Origin: the human T2T-CHM13v2.0 reference genome, Homo sapiens | Strand: one strand, 5' to 3' | NCBI RefSeq assembly: GCF_009914755.1 | Contig: NC_060926.1 | Length of the DNA: 64,000 bases | Part shown: in pieces, positions 17,309-32,258 of the stretch | Layout: every line of letters begins with the position of its first letter | Position numbering within the stretch: position 1 is the stretch's first letter | The notes under the pieces: model-generated | The model's database searches: none | What the model saw: the letters and a program-made list of their open reading frames with translations, nothing else | What the model was told of the DNA's origin: nothing | Position numbers and translations under genes: made by a program

Positions 17309-18459
17309 CTAATTGGTGAAGTGGAAAAGAATAAAGATCTTTAATCACTGTTTGAATGTAAAATGCCGTTATTGGTTTCCTGTCTTTAAATAACATTTTT
17401 CCATCAGTGTCCAGGAAGTAGTCACATGTCAACTAAATAAAACTCTTTCAGTTGTTTACTAAAAACAAGTATTTACTGAGAGATCATTGATTAGGGTCTG
17501 GCTGGGGCAGTCAGAGAGAGCTGATGGTGGTAGTTGGGTGGGAGTGGGGGATGCTGTAGTAGCAGATTTGGAAGGAAGATTGTGCAAGGAAGGAAGCCGC
17601 AAAAAAAAAGCCAGGTCTCAGGCACGTCAGCATTCTAGTCAGGGGTCACTAGTGAAATTATATTGGGGTTAAACGATGTATTTGATAATTTTGCATTCTC
17701 TTCTAAGTGATTTTGTGTACTTTTCCTTGAGTTCGATGAAATGCAAGTAAGGTAGTGAGGACACTATTTCCAATTTACAGGTGGAGAAAATGAGACAACA
17801 AGAGGAGAAGTGGTGGCTTGCCTAAAGTCAGTGACTGATCAGGATGAGAACTGGGTACCTGTTGCATTGGCCCTTTCTACTAAACTATCTTCTGCTTGCT
17901 TCAGGGTTTTCTTGTTTTGTTTTGTTTTTGTTTTTGTTTTACTGTTGTTGCTGTCATTTAATTGCATGTGTATAGAGAAAGAACTAGAAATGTCTTATAT
18001 GGCGGTGATATGCAGTGTCTGCTTTGTGGTCAAGCACTGACATAGATTCAAAGAAAGGTAAAACACAGTCCTAGTCCTCCAGATATTTATAGCCTAGTTG
18101 AGAGAAAGACAATATACACAAACAAAAAAAATGAAACAATATTGTAAAGTGAAAAACAAGTTACAAAAGTGTTTATGCTAAAAATACTTATTAATTTTTA
18201 TTCATTTCATTTATTTCATTTTGCTAAAAATATTTATATGATCAGTAGTGGGAACACAGACTATTCACTAATCTACTCAGAAGCAAGGACATATGGGTTC
18301 TTTATTTTTCTTAACTGATCTAATCTTCTCCCACCCTTCTAATTAAAGTTATCTGAGTCTCCTCTAGATTAAATAATCTCTGTTGATTTAACAGTCTATT
18401 TTGATTTAAAAGATCTCTATTGGGTAAATATTCAGTCAATTCAAAATTCAATTCCCTAA

Positions 18460-19016
<557 letters not shown>

Positions 19017-19490
19017 TAAACTGGGAGCCAGTTTAGGATTGCTATTCAGCCTCATCTGTCTAGCCTCTCCCACTGTTGCTTTGTCACTCCTAACCCTACC
19101 CTCATTCTGGCCTGGAATCTTCCTGAGATCCAGTTTCCTCCCGGATTTCTTTTAGGGAGTGAGGCAAAGACTCCTTTACCTTTTAACGTACCCCTTAATC
19201 TTTCCAACATGATTTCCCCTTTCAGGTATTCAGTCCAGAAAGTGGCAGTCAGAATATATGTGTCTATCTGGTTCCCCTTTCTGGATTTCCTTCTTTTTCA
19301 CCATAATCCCATAAGCCAAAAGCTACAACCTCCTGGCACAGTACACTTCCTACATCTTGATATTTCTCTACTCCTGGCTTTTAGTAAAACTATGATTTAG
19401 TTGATTGGTTCTGCCTCTTCTTATGTTAATGGGAAATAAAGTCATTTTAAACATTATTTTCTCTGTTCTCAAAGTTTAGCTTTCAGAATT

Positions 19491-20223
19491 TGTTTTTTTT
19501 GTTAGTTTTTATATCATAATCATAAACTTAACTCTGTAATCCAGCTAGACATGGAAGGGAATAAGATAAATATGAAACTCAAAGAACTGCAGTGACAGCA
19601 CAAAGATTATAGGATTTTACAAGCAAATGGGGTGGAGGGGTGCTCTCCTGAGCTACAGAAAGAATGGTCTGGTGGCTATGATAAAACACAGGTCAACTTT
19701 ATTAGAGTTGTCCATAGTCAGTAATGGTGATCTTCTTTCTGGTCTTGCCATTCCTGGACCCAAAGTGCTCCCTGGCTTCCATGAAATTTATGCCCTCCTT
19801 TACCTTTCCAAGACCACATGTTGCCATCCAACCACTCAGTCTTGGCAGTGTAGATTAAAAACTGGGAACCATTTATATTGGGTCCAGCAGTTGCCATGGA
19901 CAAGAGGCTAGGACCTGTATGTTTCAGGAGGAAGTTCTCATCATCAAATTTCTCCTGTAGATGGACTTGCTGCCAGTGCCATTAGGGCGTGTGAAGTCAC
20001 CACCCTGGCACAGAAACCCTGGAATAATTCCGTGAAAGCAGAAACACTTATAACCAAATCCTTTCTCTCTAGTACTCAGAGCACAAAAGTTTCTGCTGTC
20101 TTTGGAAATTTGTCTGCAAACAGCTCAAAGGAGACGCAGCCCAAGGACTTGCCATTGACCACAGTGTCAAAGAACTCAGTTGGCTGGTGCCAGGGGACTT
20201 TGGGCAGCAGCATCTGCAAAGCA
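19491..20223 (-). pseudogene. PPIA: Processed pseudogene of peptidyl-prolyl isomerase A (cyclophilin A)
   Basis: Intronless; pieces [25 protein letters not shown] and [26 protein letters not shown]; PPIA-like 5' and 3' UTR, A-rich end; frameshifts and no start codon. Symbol is the parent gene. Confidence 0.95.
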
Positions 20224-20519
20224 CTCACAACTCTTAATGTTTGCTCAGAAATCTTATTCTTGAAGTAAAATCTGGATATTGGCTCTTTTTCCACTCTGCA
20301 TTTCTGCTATAAGAAAAAAGGATGCTTCATATAGAATGAGATGTGGTAACATACAAGGAAGAGCAACAGAGAAAATCACAATAATATAGTTCAAAAGTAT
20401 TTTCCCTGTTATGTATGCATAGAAAAATAACCTGAAAAAATATAAACCAAAATGTTAATAGTAGTCTTCTTTGGGTGGTGGTTTTTCAAGTTGTTTTATT
20501 CCTTATATCCTCTTGGACT

Positions 20520-20680
20520 TTTTGTTTTGTTTTGTTTTTGTTTTTGTGGGTTTTTTTGGTTGTTGTTTGTTATTTAAAAATATGATGTCACCCAAGCTGG
20601 AACCCCTGGACTCAAGCAGTCCTCCTGTATCAGCCTCCCAAGTAGCTGGGACTATAGACACATACCACTGTGCCCAGCTT
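20520..20680 (-). mobile_element. Partial Alu (right arm)
   Basis: cagcctcccaagtagctgggactataga with degenerate T tail. Confidence 0.75.
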
Positions 20681-20711
20681 TATCTTCTTGTATTTTCTGA
20701 ATTTTAAAAAG

Positions 20712-20748
<37 letters not shown>

Positions 20749-20775
20749 ATAGTTTTGTAAACATATACATATAAC

Positions 20776-20808
<33 letters not shown>
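20712..20808. repeat. Compound (TA)n(TG)n and (TA)n(GA)n microsatellites
   Basis: Directly visible. Confidence 0.95.
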
Positions 20809-20974
20809 CTTTGTAAACAGAAAAGCCAGTAAGATAATATCCATTGGCTGAGGTGGAGTCAGGGAGTTTAAGCAGCATGGACCTATACATAGAACTATCT
20901 CAAGACTGTGCCCCCAAATTAATTGCCAAATAAGTGACTGAGCTATAACTGTGAGGAATCCTTTTTGAATAACA

Positions 20975-21320
20975 TCTTTTTTCTTCTTTTTAAAAACTGA
21001 GATATATTTCATATATGATAAAATTCAGCCTTTAAAATTGTACAACTCAGTGGTTTTTGGTACAGTCACAGAGTTGTACACCACTACCACTATCTAATTT
21101 CAAAACATTTTCATTACCCCAAAAAGAGAGCCCATGTCCATTAGCAGTGACTCCCCTTTCTCTCTTCCCTTATCCCCTGGCAATCACTCATCTACTTTAG
21201 TTTCTTTGGATTTGCCTATTCTTGACATTTCATGTAAATGGAATCATACAACGTATGGTCTTTCACGTTTGCTTTCTTTCACTTAGCATAATGTTTTCAG
21301 GGTTCATTCATGTTGAGTCA
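20975..21320 (-). mobile_element. L1MB-type 3' end
   Basis: Antisense L1 3' UTR (gatttgcctattcttgacatttcatgtaaatggaatcatac). Confidence 0.8.
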
Positions 21321-22035
21321 CATTTTTCTTGATCTCTTCTGAAAATGTTTTCCCTCGGTGCCCCAGTAATACTCATATTGGTCCCTTCACCTTTGCTGTA
21401 CAGTCTATATGATGCAAAAATAAGTTAGACTACCGTTTTTTCCAAAGTTGCATTGCCTGTTCTATGGATAGGCTCAGTGGAACAGAAATTAATCACAACG
21501 AGCCACCAAAAAATTATATTTGGCTTTGGAATACACCATAATACTGGAGGGGAAGTGGGGAAAAAATCAGTGGTAGTGTTAGGCCCAGTGATTTAGGTTC
21601 CTTGGAATCTAAGGTTGATATTATTAAAAGCTTATAGGAAACAGTACAAGTGCATGCTAAGGATCATGGTGTACAGACTGGATTCCACATTTTATTATGG
21701 ATAATAAACTCTCAGGTGGATATTAGCAACATTGGACAAAGAAAATATGTGTATCCTCTTGAATCTTTCTTATTTCATCATATTTGTTAGTACTCTTAGA
21801 TGTTGGTCATGCAAGTACGGAATGAAGGCCAGGACTAGGATCCCCAATCCTCAAGTTTCTTGTGGTTCTACAGGATAAGAACACAAGGGCCACTCCGTCA
21901 GTGGTATATAATCTTTTGGGAGTCATAGACTTGGTCTTTTGACTCTCCGATGAGAGTTATGACCCCTTTTCAGAAAAATATTACTTATAATGTCCAAGGA
22001 TGTGCAAGCCTCCCAGGCATGCAAGGTATCCACAG

Positions 22036-22424
22036 TGTCTTAGTCAGCTTGGGCTGCTGTAACAAAATACCATAGATGGGATTGCTTAAACAGCAAAGAT
22101 TTCTCACAGTCCTAAAGGCTGGGAAGCCCAAGATCAAGGTGCCAGCAGATTTAGTGCTTGAGGGACCTCTTCCTGGTTTGCAGACAGACATCTTCCTGAA
22201 GTATCCCAGACGGTGGAGAGAGAAAGAGAGGAGAGCTAGCATAATTGGTAGAGGGATCTTGTGTCTCTTCTTGTATGGGTACTAATCCCATCAGAAGGGC
22301 TTCACCTTCATGAACTAATCTAATTCTAATCATCTCCCAAAGCCCCACCTCCAAATACAACCACAATGGGGACTAGGGCTTCAACGTCTGAATTTTGGGA
22401 GGACACAAAATTCAGTACACAACA
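22036..22424 (-). mobile_element. Solo LTR, MLT1A-type (ERVL-MaLR)
   Basis: tgtcttagtcagcttgggctgctgtaacaaaatacc...aaca; perfect 5-bp TSD cacag (22031-22035, 22425-22429). Confidence 0.9.
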
Positions 22425-23051
22425 CACAGATAGCCCCCAGACTGAGAACTTCTGCTTTAGGAAACTTCCCCTCTTTATCACTCACTAGAGTTTCAACTCC
22501 AGGTCACAATTTTGTCTCTTGTTTTGGTAGCTGGATGGGACAACACAGCCTTTGAAAACCTCTTGACCCTATGGAGGAGCCTATATATCCTCCCTTGAAT
22601 CTTACTCTAGAGGCAGGAGGCACCGCTAGGTGCCTCTTCATTATACACCATCCAGACGAGGTAAAGGGGAAGAAGATACTGAAGAGCAAGGAGGCTGAGA
22701 ATTTTGACATCATCCCTTTATATGGTTACCATATGTTCTGCATGTACACTTGATTCTGTCTGTGCTCTTCATCAGTGCTTCCATCCCTTGAGAGTAGAGT
22801 GAAGTAGGGGAAAGCGTTAGTCCAGTAGTGTGGATTGTAGAAAGGCTCTTGGTAAACAGTGGATGCCACCAACCAGATCCATTAATAAATTGAAGGCAGA
22901 TTCAAGTTCGACAAGAAGGCAGTGACCCTGGAGGATGGGGGAAACATCTGGAGGACATGAACTTGAACTTAAGCAGCAGATCTTTCTCAATGGACAGCTC
23001 AAGTCTTTGAATTCCCTTTGTTGCAGGGTCTGGCAAAATCAAGTTGGTTAA

Positions 23052-23336
<285 letters not shown>

Positions 23337-23764
23337 CAAGTTTGCTAATCTTTAAAGCATTATATAAGTTAAGCATTTGTTTGTTATTGTTCCAGGGAAG
23401 AGACAGGGCATTTTCTCAAATAAAAAGAAGGAGGGATTCTGTTTTCTTAGTGTCTGCTTTGGTTTGTCCTATTTATATGTAGTCCTCTTCTACCTTACCT
23501 TAACTTGGCTTCTTGGAGTGGCTGGATGGATTTATCATCCCATCTCCTTGGTAATCAAGTTCAAAGATTCCCTCTTCATTCTAGCTCAGAGAAGAAAATG
23601 CAGGACCATGTTATTTGCAGGAGACTCAGGCTGGGACCAAATCACCAACTGACCTTGTCCTGAATATTGAGTTATAGGTGATGCTGTCACAAGACACAGC
23701 AGGACAAACAACTTCTAATGAGCTCTGTTGTCCAAAGATGCTATTTTAAATTACAAGATGTTAC

Positions 23765-24087
<323 letters not shown>

Positions 24088-24189
24088 TAGTATAAATAAA
24101 CTTGATAACGCCCATCAATGTAAAATCTCTCTTGACCCTATCCCAAGAGGAGTTGTCAAGGAAAACAGTTATTTACATTTTCCTAAGTT

Positions 24190-25220
24190 TGGTAATCATT
24201 TTTTAGTCCTCATCTTACTTGGCCCATCAGTAGCATCTGACACAGTTTATTACTGTCTTCTTGAAATACTCTTTGCACTTGAGTTTGGGGACATCTTGCT
24301 CATCTGGTTTCCTCCTATTTTATGGCTGTTTCTTTTCTAATTCCTTTATAGTTTCTCTTCATCTTCCTGAGTCTAAACACTCAGTAATTTGTTGAAAATT
24401 CTGGTAGTCCCTACCCAGATAAATTCTGATTCCATTGATCTGGGTTGTTGCTCAGGCTTTTCTCTCTCTCTCTCTCTTTTTCTTTTTTCTTTTTTTTAAG
24501 AAAAAGCTCCTTGGGTGCTTAGATTTTTAAGAGCAGCCAGGATAGAAACTTCTGATCTATCTGTTGACAATATTAAAGTTTATATCTCTACCCTGTACCT
24601 CTTCCATAAATGCCAGAATCTTCTATCCAACTGCCAACTTGACATTTCTACTTGAACATCTAATAGCAAGCAGGCTGAGAATTTTGAGAATTGAATAGGC
24701 TTCTCAAACTTAACCAAAACCAAATTCCTGATTCCCCCACACCACACCTGCTTCTCCCACAATCCTCCCCCAAAACTTTGGCATCATTGTTGACTCTTCT
24801 CTTCTCCATTCTACACTCAAACCATCAGCAAATTTTGTTGGCTGTCTTCAAAATACATCCTGAATCTGACAGTCTTTCAACACCTCCACTGCTGCCAGCC
24901 TGGCCCAAGCCACCATTATCTCTCACCCAGATTATTGCAATGGCCTCCTAATCTCTCTGCCTCTGCCCTTACCCTTATGCAGTCTTTATACTAGTCAAAA
25001 CAAATCACTTTATTTACCTGCTTGACATTCGCCAACTGGCTTCTCCTGTCACTCTGAGAAAAACTCGCAGTCCTTAAAATAGCCCACAGGACCTGTACAA
25101 TCTGCCTCTCAACACTCACCTCTCTCATCTCCTTCCACACCCTTCCTACTCTGTGCTGCAGTCACGCTGGCTGCTTTGCTCTGTGAACATGCCCGTGATG
25201 AGCATGTTCCTATGCCAGGG
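24190..25220 (+). mobile_element. L2 relic, interrupted by a MER5-like fragment
   Basis: tccaactgccaacttgacatttctacttga and cccaagccaccattatctctcacccagattattgcaatggcctcc are L2-like. Confidence 0.7.
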
Positions 25221-25671
25221 CCTCACTGCAGTCTCTGAAGCTTCAAGTGGTTAACCTGTCCAAGATCACACAACTAGTCAGTGGCAGAGCTGGGATTGAT
25301 TCCAACCCACCTCTGATTCTAAATTCAGTGTTTTAATTAGCGTACCATATGGCCTTTCTACTGTAAACAATATTCATTCAGTCATTTACCAATTGCTGTT
25401 CCGGGTCCTAAAGGATATAGTAACTGACAAGACAAAGCTCTTAACTTTGTGGAGCTCATATTCTCGTTAGTGGAGGCAAACAATAAATAAATTCAAAACG
25501 TGGTACAGTAAGTCTTCACTTAATGTGTCCACGAGTTCTTAGAAACTGCAACTTAAGCAAAATGATATATAACAAAATCAATTTTACTATAGACTAATTG
25601 ATGTAAACAGGAGTGTACATCAGTTAAGTTCCCATGGCATATTTCTGGTTACAAAAACATCACCAAACTTT

Positions 25672-25822
25672 CATTTTTTATTTATATAAAAATAAATGTT
25701 TACAAAATAGAGATGGTGTCTCACTGTGTTGCCCAGGCTGGTCTCAAACTTCTAGGCTCAAGCGATCCTCCCTCCTCAGCCTCTCAAAGTGCTGCAATTT
25801 TAGGCGTGAGCCACCGTGCTCT
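25672..25822 (-). mobile_element. Alu monomer (FLAM-like) within MER6
   Basis: Single arm; TSD ccaaacttt. Confidence 0.8.
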
Positions 25823-26026
25823 TCCCAAACTTTTACATAAGGACCAAAACACTTCTGATGTTAAAGATTGAAATAAATGTGAGCTATACATACACTTAAG
25901 AAAGAATAAGAACAAGTAAGACATTTACTCAGTTATTCCAGTTCAGGGTTGCTGGTGGCTGGAGTCCATCATGGCAGCTCAGGACACTGGTGGGAACCAG
26001 CCTTGGACAGGACCTCATTCTTTCGC

Positions 26027-26031
<5 letters not shown>

Positions 26032-26071
<40 letters not shown>
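26032..26071. repeat. (CA)n microsatellite, about 20 units
   Basis: Directly visible. Confidence 0.97.
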
Positions 26072-26074
<3 letters not shown>

Positions 26075-26563
26075 CACTCAGACTGGGACAATTTAAACAT
26101 ATCAATGAACCTAACATGCACATCTTTGGGATGTGAGAGGAAACCAGAGTACCTGGAGAAAACCCACACAGACATGGGGAGAACCTGCAAACTGCATACA
26201 ATGACCCAGGCTGGGAAACATTTTTTTTTCTCATTCATGTTGCAATGAAATGACATTGAAAGAAATTATTCAAGGACCTGATGTATAACGATGGTGTTAC
26301 ATGCTATGGAGAAAAATAAAGCAAGGCAAGAGAGAAAGAGAGATAAGAAGGGCAGGGCAGGGGGTGCTATTTTATTAATCTGTTGGTAGTCAGGAAGCCC
26401 TCACAGTAAGACATTTGAGCAGAGACCTGAGCAGAGAAGAAAGTGCGGGAATAAGCCATTAGGGATAGAGAAGGAGAAAAACTCAAGTTAGAGAAAGCCA
26501 AAGGAACGCACATTTTCTGTCAATTTATTTTCAATGTAAGTATTAACATACTGAAATATTTCT

Positions 26564-26668
26564 TTTTTTCTTTTTTTTTTTTTTAAGAGTGAGCAGCAGC
26601 AAGATTTATTGCAAAGAGCGAAAGAACAAAGCTTCTACAGTGTGGAAGGGGACCCAAGTGGGTTGCCC
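26564..26668 (-). mobile_element. Polyadenylated retrocopy of the LTR12 (ERV9) R region
   Basis: Reverse complement gggcaacccacttgggtccccttccacactg...ttgcaataaatcttgctgctgctcactctt plus poly(A); TSD aatatttct at 26555-26563 and 26669-26677. Confidence 0.88.
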
Positions 26669-27161
26669 AATATTTCTAAACTATCTTGGCTCACCTGTGT
26701 TTTGAATATTTTTGGAAATAGTGTGAACAGATTGCTCTTAGCAAGACATGCTTGTGATTGAACAGCTGGTAGGGACTTACACAAGCATCTGGAGCAAAGT
26801 CTCTCTGGCCTACAGCAGCATGTATCAGGTGGCTGAGAATGTGGGCTCTAGAGTTAGACTGCATGCATGAAACGCCCAGCTCGACTATGTGTACTGTTTG
26901 TATATCTAGGTTAATTTACGCCCCTATTCTAAGCCCAGTTCCCAAATCTATAACGTGGGGTGATCACAGCAGTTTGATTTTCAACCGTATACATCTATGC
27001 TTTGTGTGTTCTGATTGGTCATATCAATTGTTAATTATTTTCAATATCATCCCTTTATATGAGGATTTACTTCATGGGAGTTCATTGTAATAATTAAATG
27101 AGGGAAATACTCGTTATATTTATTATTATTATTATATTTATCATTATCATTATAGTCTAAA

Positions 27162-27362
27162 TCAGGAGTCAGTAAATTATGGCCTGTAGGCTAAACCCAA
27201 GCCCCCTTCCATCTTCGTAATCTTTGTAGGTAAAGTTTTATTTAGGGACTCAGCTATGCCCATTCATTTATATATTGTCCATGGCTGCTTTCACACTGCA
27301 AAGGTAGAGTTCATCAGTGAAGATGAAATGACCCTTTACAGAACAATTTGGTGACTCCTGGC
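27162..27362. mobile_element. MER58A-like hAT-Charlie MITE
   Basis: caggagtcagtaaattatggcctgtagg...tttggtgactcctg terminal inverted repeats. Confidence 0.75.
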
Positions 27363-27940
27363 CTAAATGGAGATTGAGCCCTACTTTAGCTTTATCACAA
27401 CGTAATCTAAACAACTTTGCTTTGTATCAAGATATCGTATTTTCAAATGGTTCCCGGAAAGGAGTTGTACTTTGCCAAACTTTTCAGGACAGTTCGCTAG
27501 GGATCTACTTGGAAATGAAGGAATCTTCTTTCCCATTCCAAGATGAGGATGTTGAGGATGGGCATCCCTGATTAGTTCTGAGATTAAATTCTCAGAAATA
27601 AAAAGCCACATGTGGCCGTGTGATGTTCATGCATATAGTGAGATGCATTAGTGTGTTTGCTTTCTGTTTTTCCCTTGCCCTCTTGTCTCCCCTTCTGGTG
27701 TCAGCTTTTACCTTGCAATGCTGGGTCAAGGCAGGGGATAGAAGAATGCTTCCAGGGAAGGCAGAGGAAAAAGACACATTCTCTGCCACCTTAAGTGAAG
27801 GTCAGGGCCATACTTACTCCTCACAGAAACTGGGACCTTCTAAAAAATTATTCAGGCCTTAGTTTAGATTTTGCTTCTTTAGAATGAGTAAGAAAGTTTA
27901 AGAATTTTAGTATTTTTAAAAAGAGTTAATTGGTTTTTTA

Positions 27941-28246
<306 letters not shown>

Positions 28247-28351
28247 AGTGATCATAGCTTCAAGCACTTGAAGAAATCAGGCTGAACCCAAAGGAGATCA
28301 GGCAGTGAGGTCATAAAATAGTAGAGACAAAAAAATCCAGCCCTCACTCAC

Positions 28352-28377
28352 CTGAAGTGTTTCCACACGCATGTAGG
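28352..28377 (-). other. Candidate 26-nt micro-exon
   Basis: Reverse complement ttttaatcctctcctctacccctcacag|CCTACATGCGTGTGGAAACACTTCAG|gtgagt. Confidence 0.4.
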
Positions 28378-28777
28378 CTGTGAGGGGTAGAGGAGAGGAT
28401 TAAAAACAAAACAAAACAACAACAACAAAAAACAAAATACCAAACTAAACCAAATTAAAAAAATCCAAAACATTAAAAATTCACATAATCCTTTCTATTC
28501 TTTCTAATTTGATTTGACCCTTTTGGGAGTTTGTGTCTCTGGTAAAGCCGACAGTGTAATTGAGCTCTGGGTAATGGTCGCACTTCCCTTCAGAAACATG
28601 TAGCACAGTAAGAGGGAATGGAGTCAATAAACGTGCTTAATTAATCTCAAGAGAACACCTGCTATGCACAAAGCACTGTGATCATCTATTTTATATGGAT
28701 CCAAAGAGTTTTCAAACATACATGCAAAGTATATCAACTCTATGTTCATAATTCAGCCTTTCAAGTATTATGACTTT

Positions 28778-29073
28778 GGCTGGGCAAGGTGGTTCACACC
28801 TGAAATCCCAGCACTTTGGAAAGGTGAGGTGGGAGGATTGCTTGAGCCCAGGAGTTTGAGACCAGCCTGAGTAACATAATGAGACCTCATCTCTACAAAA
28901 AATTTAAACATTAGCTGGGCATGGTGGCACACACCTGTAGTCCCAGCTACTCAGGAGGCCAAGGAGGGAGGATTACTTCAGTTTGGGAAGCAGAGGTGGC
29001 TGTGAGCTGAGTTTGTATCATTGCAATCCAGCCTGGTTAACAGAGCAAGACTGTTTAAAAAAAAAAAAAAAAA
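28778..29073 (+). mobile_element. Alu (AluJ-like)
   Basis: Sense Alu with A tail. Confidence 0.92.
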
Positions 29074-29196
29074 GACTCGTGACTTCAGTTTTTCAAAAAG
29101 AAAACCTTGAGATGTTTCTTAATTAATATTTGGTTTCAGAAGACCAAATGTATTTTATATTTAACCAAAGACTCTTATGCTTAGTATACAAAAATC

Positions 29197-29495
<299 letters not shown>

Positions 29496-29598
29496 AGTAT
29501 ATAAAAACCTTGTAAACTTGGTTTTCTAGGAAAGATCCAATTAGAAATCAATTGTTTCTTACAGGACATCAATTGTTTCACAGAAGTTGAGAGAGAGT

Positions 29599-30007
<409 letters not shown>

Positions 30008-30472
30008 CTAAGCAGCTGAGCCAGGATGAGGCTCAACACAATCTTTGGAAGCCTTTGGCTCTCTCTGTGAAGGCAATGCAAGATGACTACCCAGTCTTAA
30101 GGAACCCTGAGTGTGTGTCTCCAGCCAAGAGATGTTTCCTTGTCTCTCATTTTCCCAGGCTTTTCCCTTCCGAAACATGGTTTTCTTTCCTTACCCCAAC
30201 GTTATCCTTGCTGAGAAAAACCAATTTATCCTGTTGGAAGAAGAAAGGCAGCATAAAACACAGGTGTGTTTTGCAGGGTACGTGTAGAGCAGACTGCCAT
30301 TGTGCCTATTTTCTAGTTGTGTCACAGGCTCTGTACTTCTTCCCAGCTGCTTCTTGCTTCCTTTGTGATCCCCTAAGTTGAGGCTGGCTCCCAGCAGAAT
30401 GTGTAACTTCTTACTGTCAAAGCTAGCCCTGGGTACCAGGAAAGGGAGATGGAAGCAAAAATAAATGAAGAC

Positions 30473-30662
30473 GAAGAAGAAGAAGAAGAAGAAGAAGAAG
30501 AAGAGGAAGAGGAAGAGGAAGAGGAAGAGGAAGGAAGAAAGAAGAAGAAGAAGAAGAAGAAGGGGAAGGGGAAGGGGAGGGGGAGGGGGAGGGGGAGGGG
30601 GAGGGGGAAGGGGAAGGGGAAGAGGAAGAGGAAGAAGAAGAAGAAGAAGAAGAAGAAAAAAA
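30473..30662. repeat. 190-nt purine-only (GAA)n/(GAAGAG)n/(GGGGGA)n tract
   Basis: No pyrimidine on the + strand across the interval. Confidence 0.97.
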
Positions 30663-31461
30663 CAAACAGTAGCCCTGGAGAGAATGCCTGGTAAAGCCAT
30701 TCATGCAGAGGTAACAATAATTAGCATTAACCTTTGAGAATATTGCATTTAATCCCAGGAAAACCTTGTTAAAAGGCAAAACTCCAGTACAAACTCTCAG
30801 ATTTTAGATAGTAGATAGGGAAGTCATCCAAGGGCAGCAGAGCTCCCTCTGCACCATTAAAATAACCATCTACCAAGGCTGCAGTTAATCTCAAATATAA
30901 GACTGTATGTGAATATATGAACATAATTTACCATAACTTTAAGAAGAAGGAAAAATCTGTCACCATCTAAACTGGTTTATTCTAGCTTTTTTGAAAGCTA
31001 GATATTTAGAGAGTCAAATAGTAAAGCCAAAGGAGATAATCATCTTTTAGCTTTGCAGAAGATTATTTCAGTCCCGTTTGGCTTTCTTCCAAGGATGTCT
31101 GAACAGGACACTAAGTTACTGAAAAGCCAGAGTTTTCAATGTTTCATAACTGCAATCAGTCCTATGCATTAATTTTTGGGAAAGACTGAACTATGAAAAG
31201 TTTCATATTAGTGCAAGTACTTCTGTGGGTTTTCTTCTTTTTCTTTTTTTTTTTTTTTTTTGGAGGAGGTGGCAGACTTTGTTTTAGTTAATGTTTTTGT
31301 TTTTGTTTTTAAAACTATGGATGGAGGAAAAGAAAATGCTTTGCTGGCACAAGCAAACTTTCCCATAAAACTCTCTTTGGCCATGGACTAAATATAATAC
31401 ACATAGTGCCAAGAGGGGTTTTATGCCTTTCCTCTTTTTCCTCCTGCAAAGAAAAAAATGA

Positions 31462-31820
<359 letters not shown>

Positions 31821-31991
31821 CCCCCAAATGATGCTTTTTTTACTGACGGTTTTGTAAGAAAGACAGAGGAATATTTTCCAGTCCAGGGCAATTCCTGTAT
31901 TTCCTTCAGTTGTGTCTCATCTCTCAATTCTTTCAAGCTACAAGCCAAACAAGGCTTTCCCTTTGTTTTCCTTCTTTTGGGCAGCACCTAG

Positions 31992-32258
<267 letters not shown>

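Larger units (their letters stand above)
25506..26283 (-). mobile_element. MER6/MER6A (TcMar-Tigger) DNA transposon
   Basis: cagtaagtcttcacttaa...ttattcaaggacctgatg flanked by TA; contains a FLAM and a (CA)n. Confidence 0.8.

Noticed and set aside
30191-30779. Poly-E/K/R/G/P/S ORFs on both strands
   Set aside because: Stop-free frames produced by the purine microsatellite
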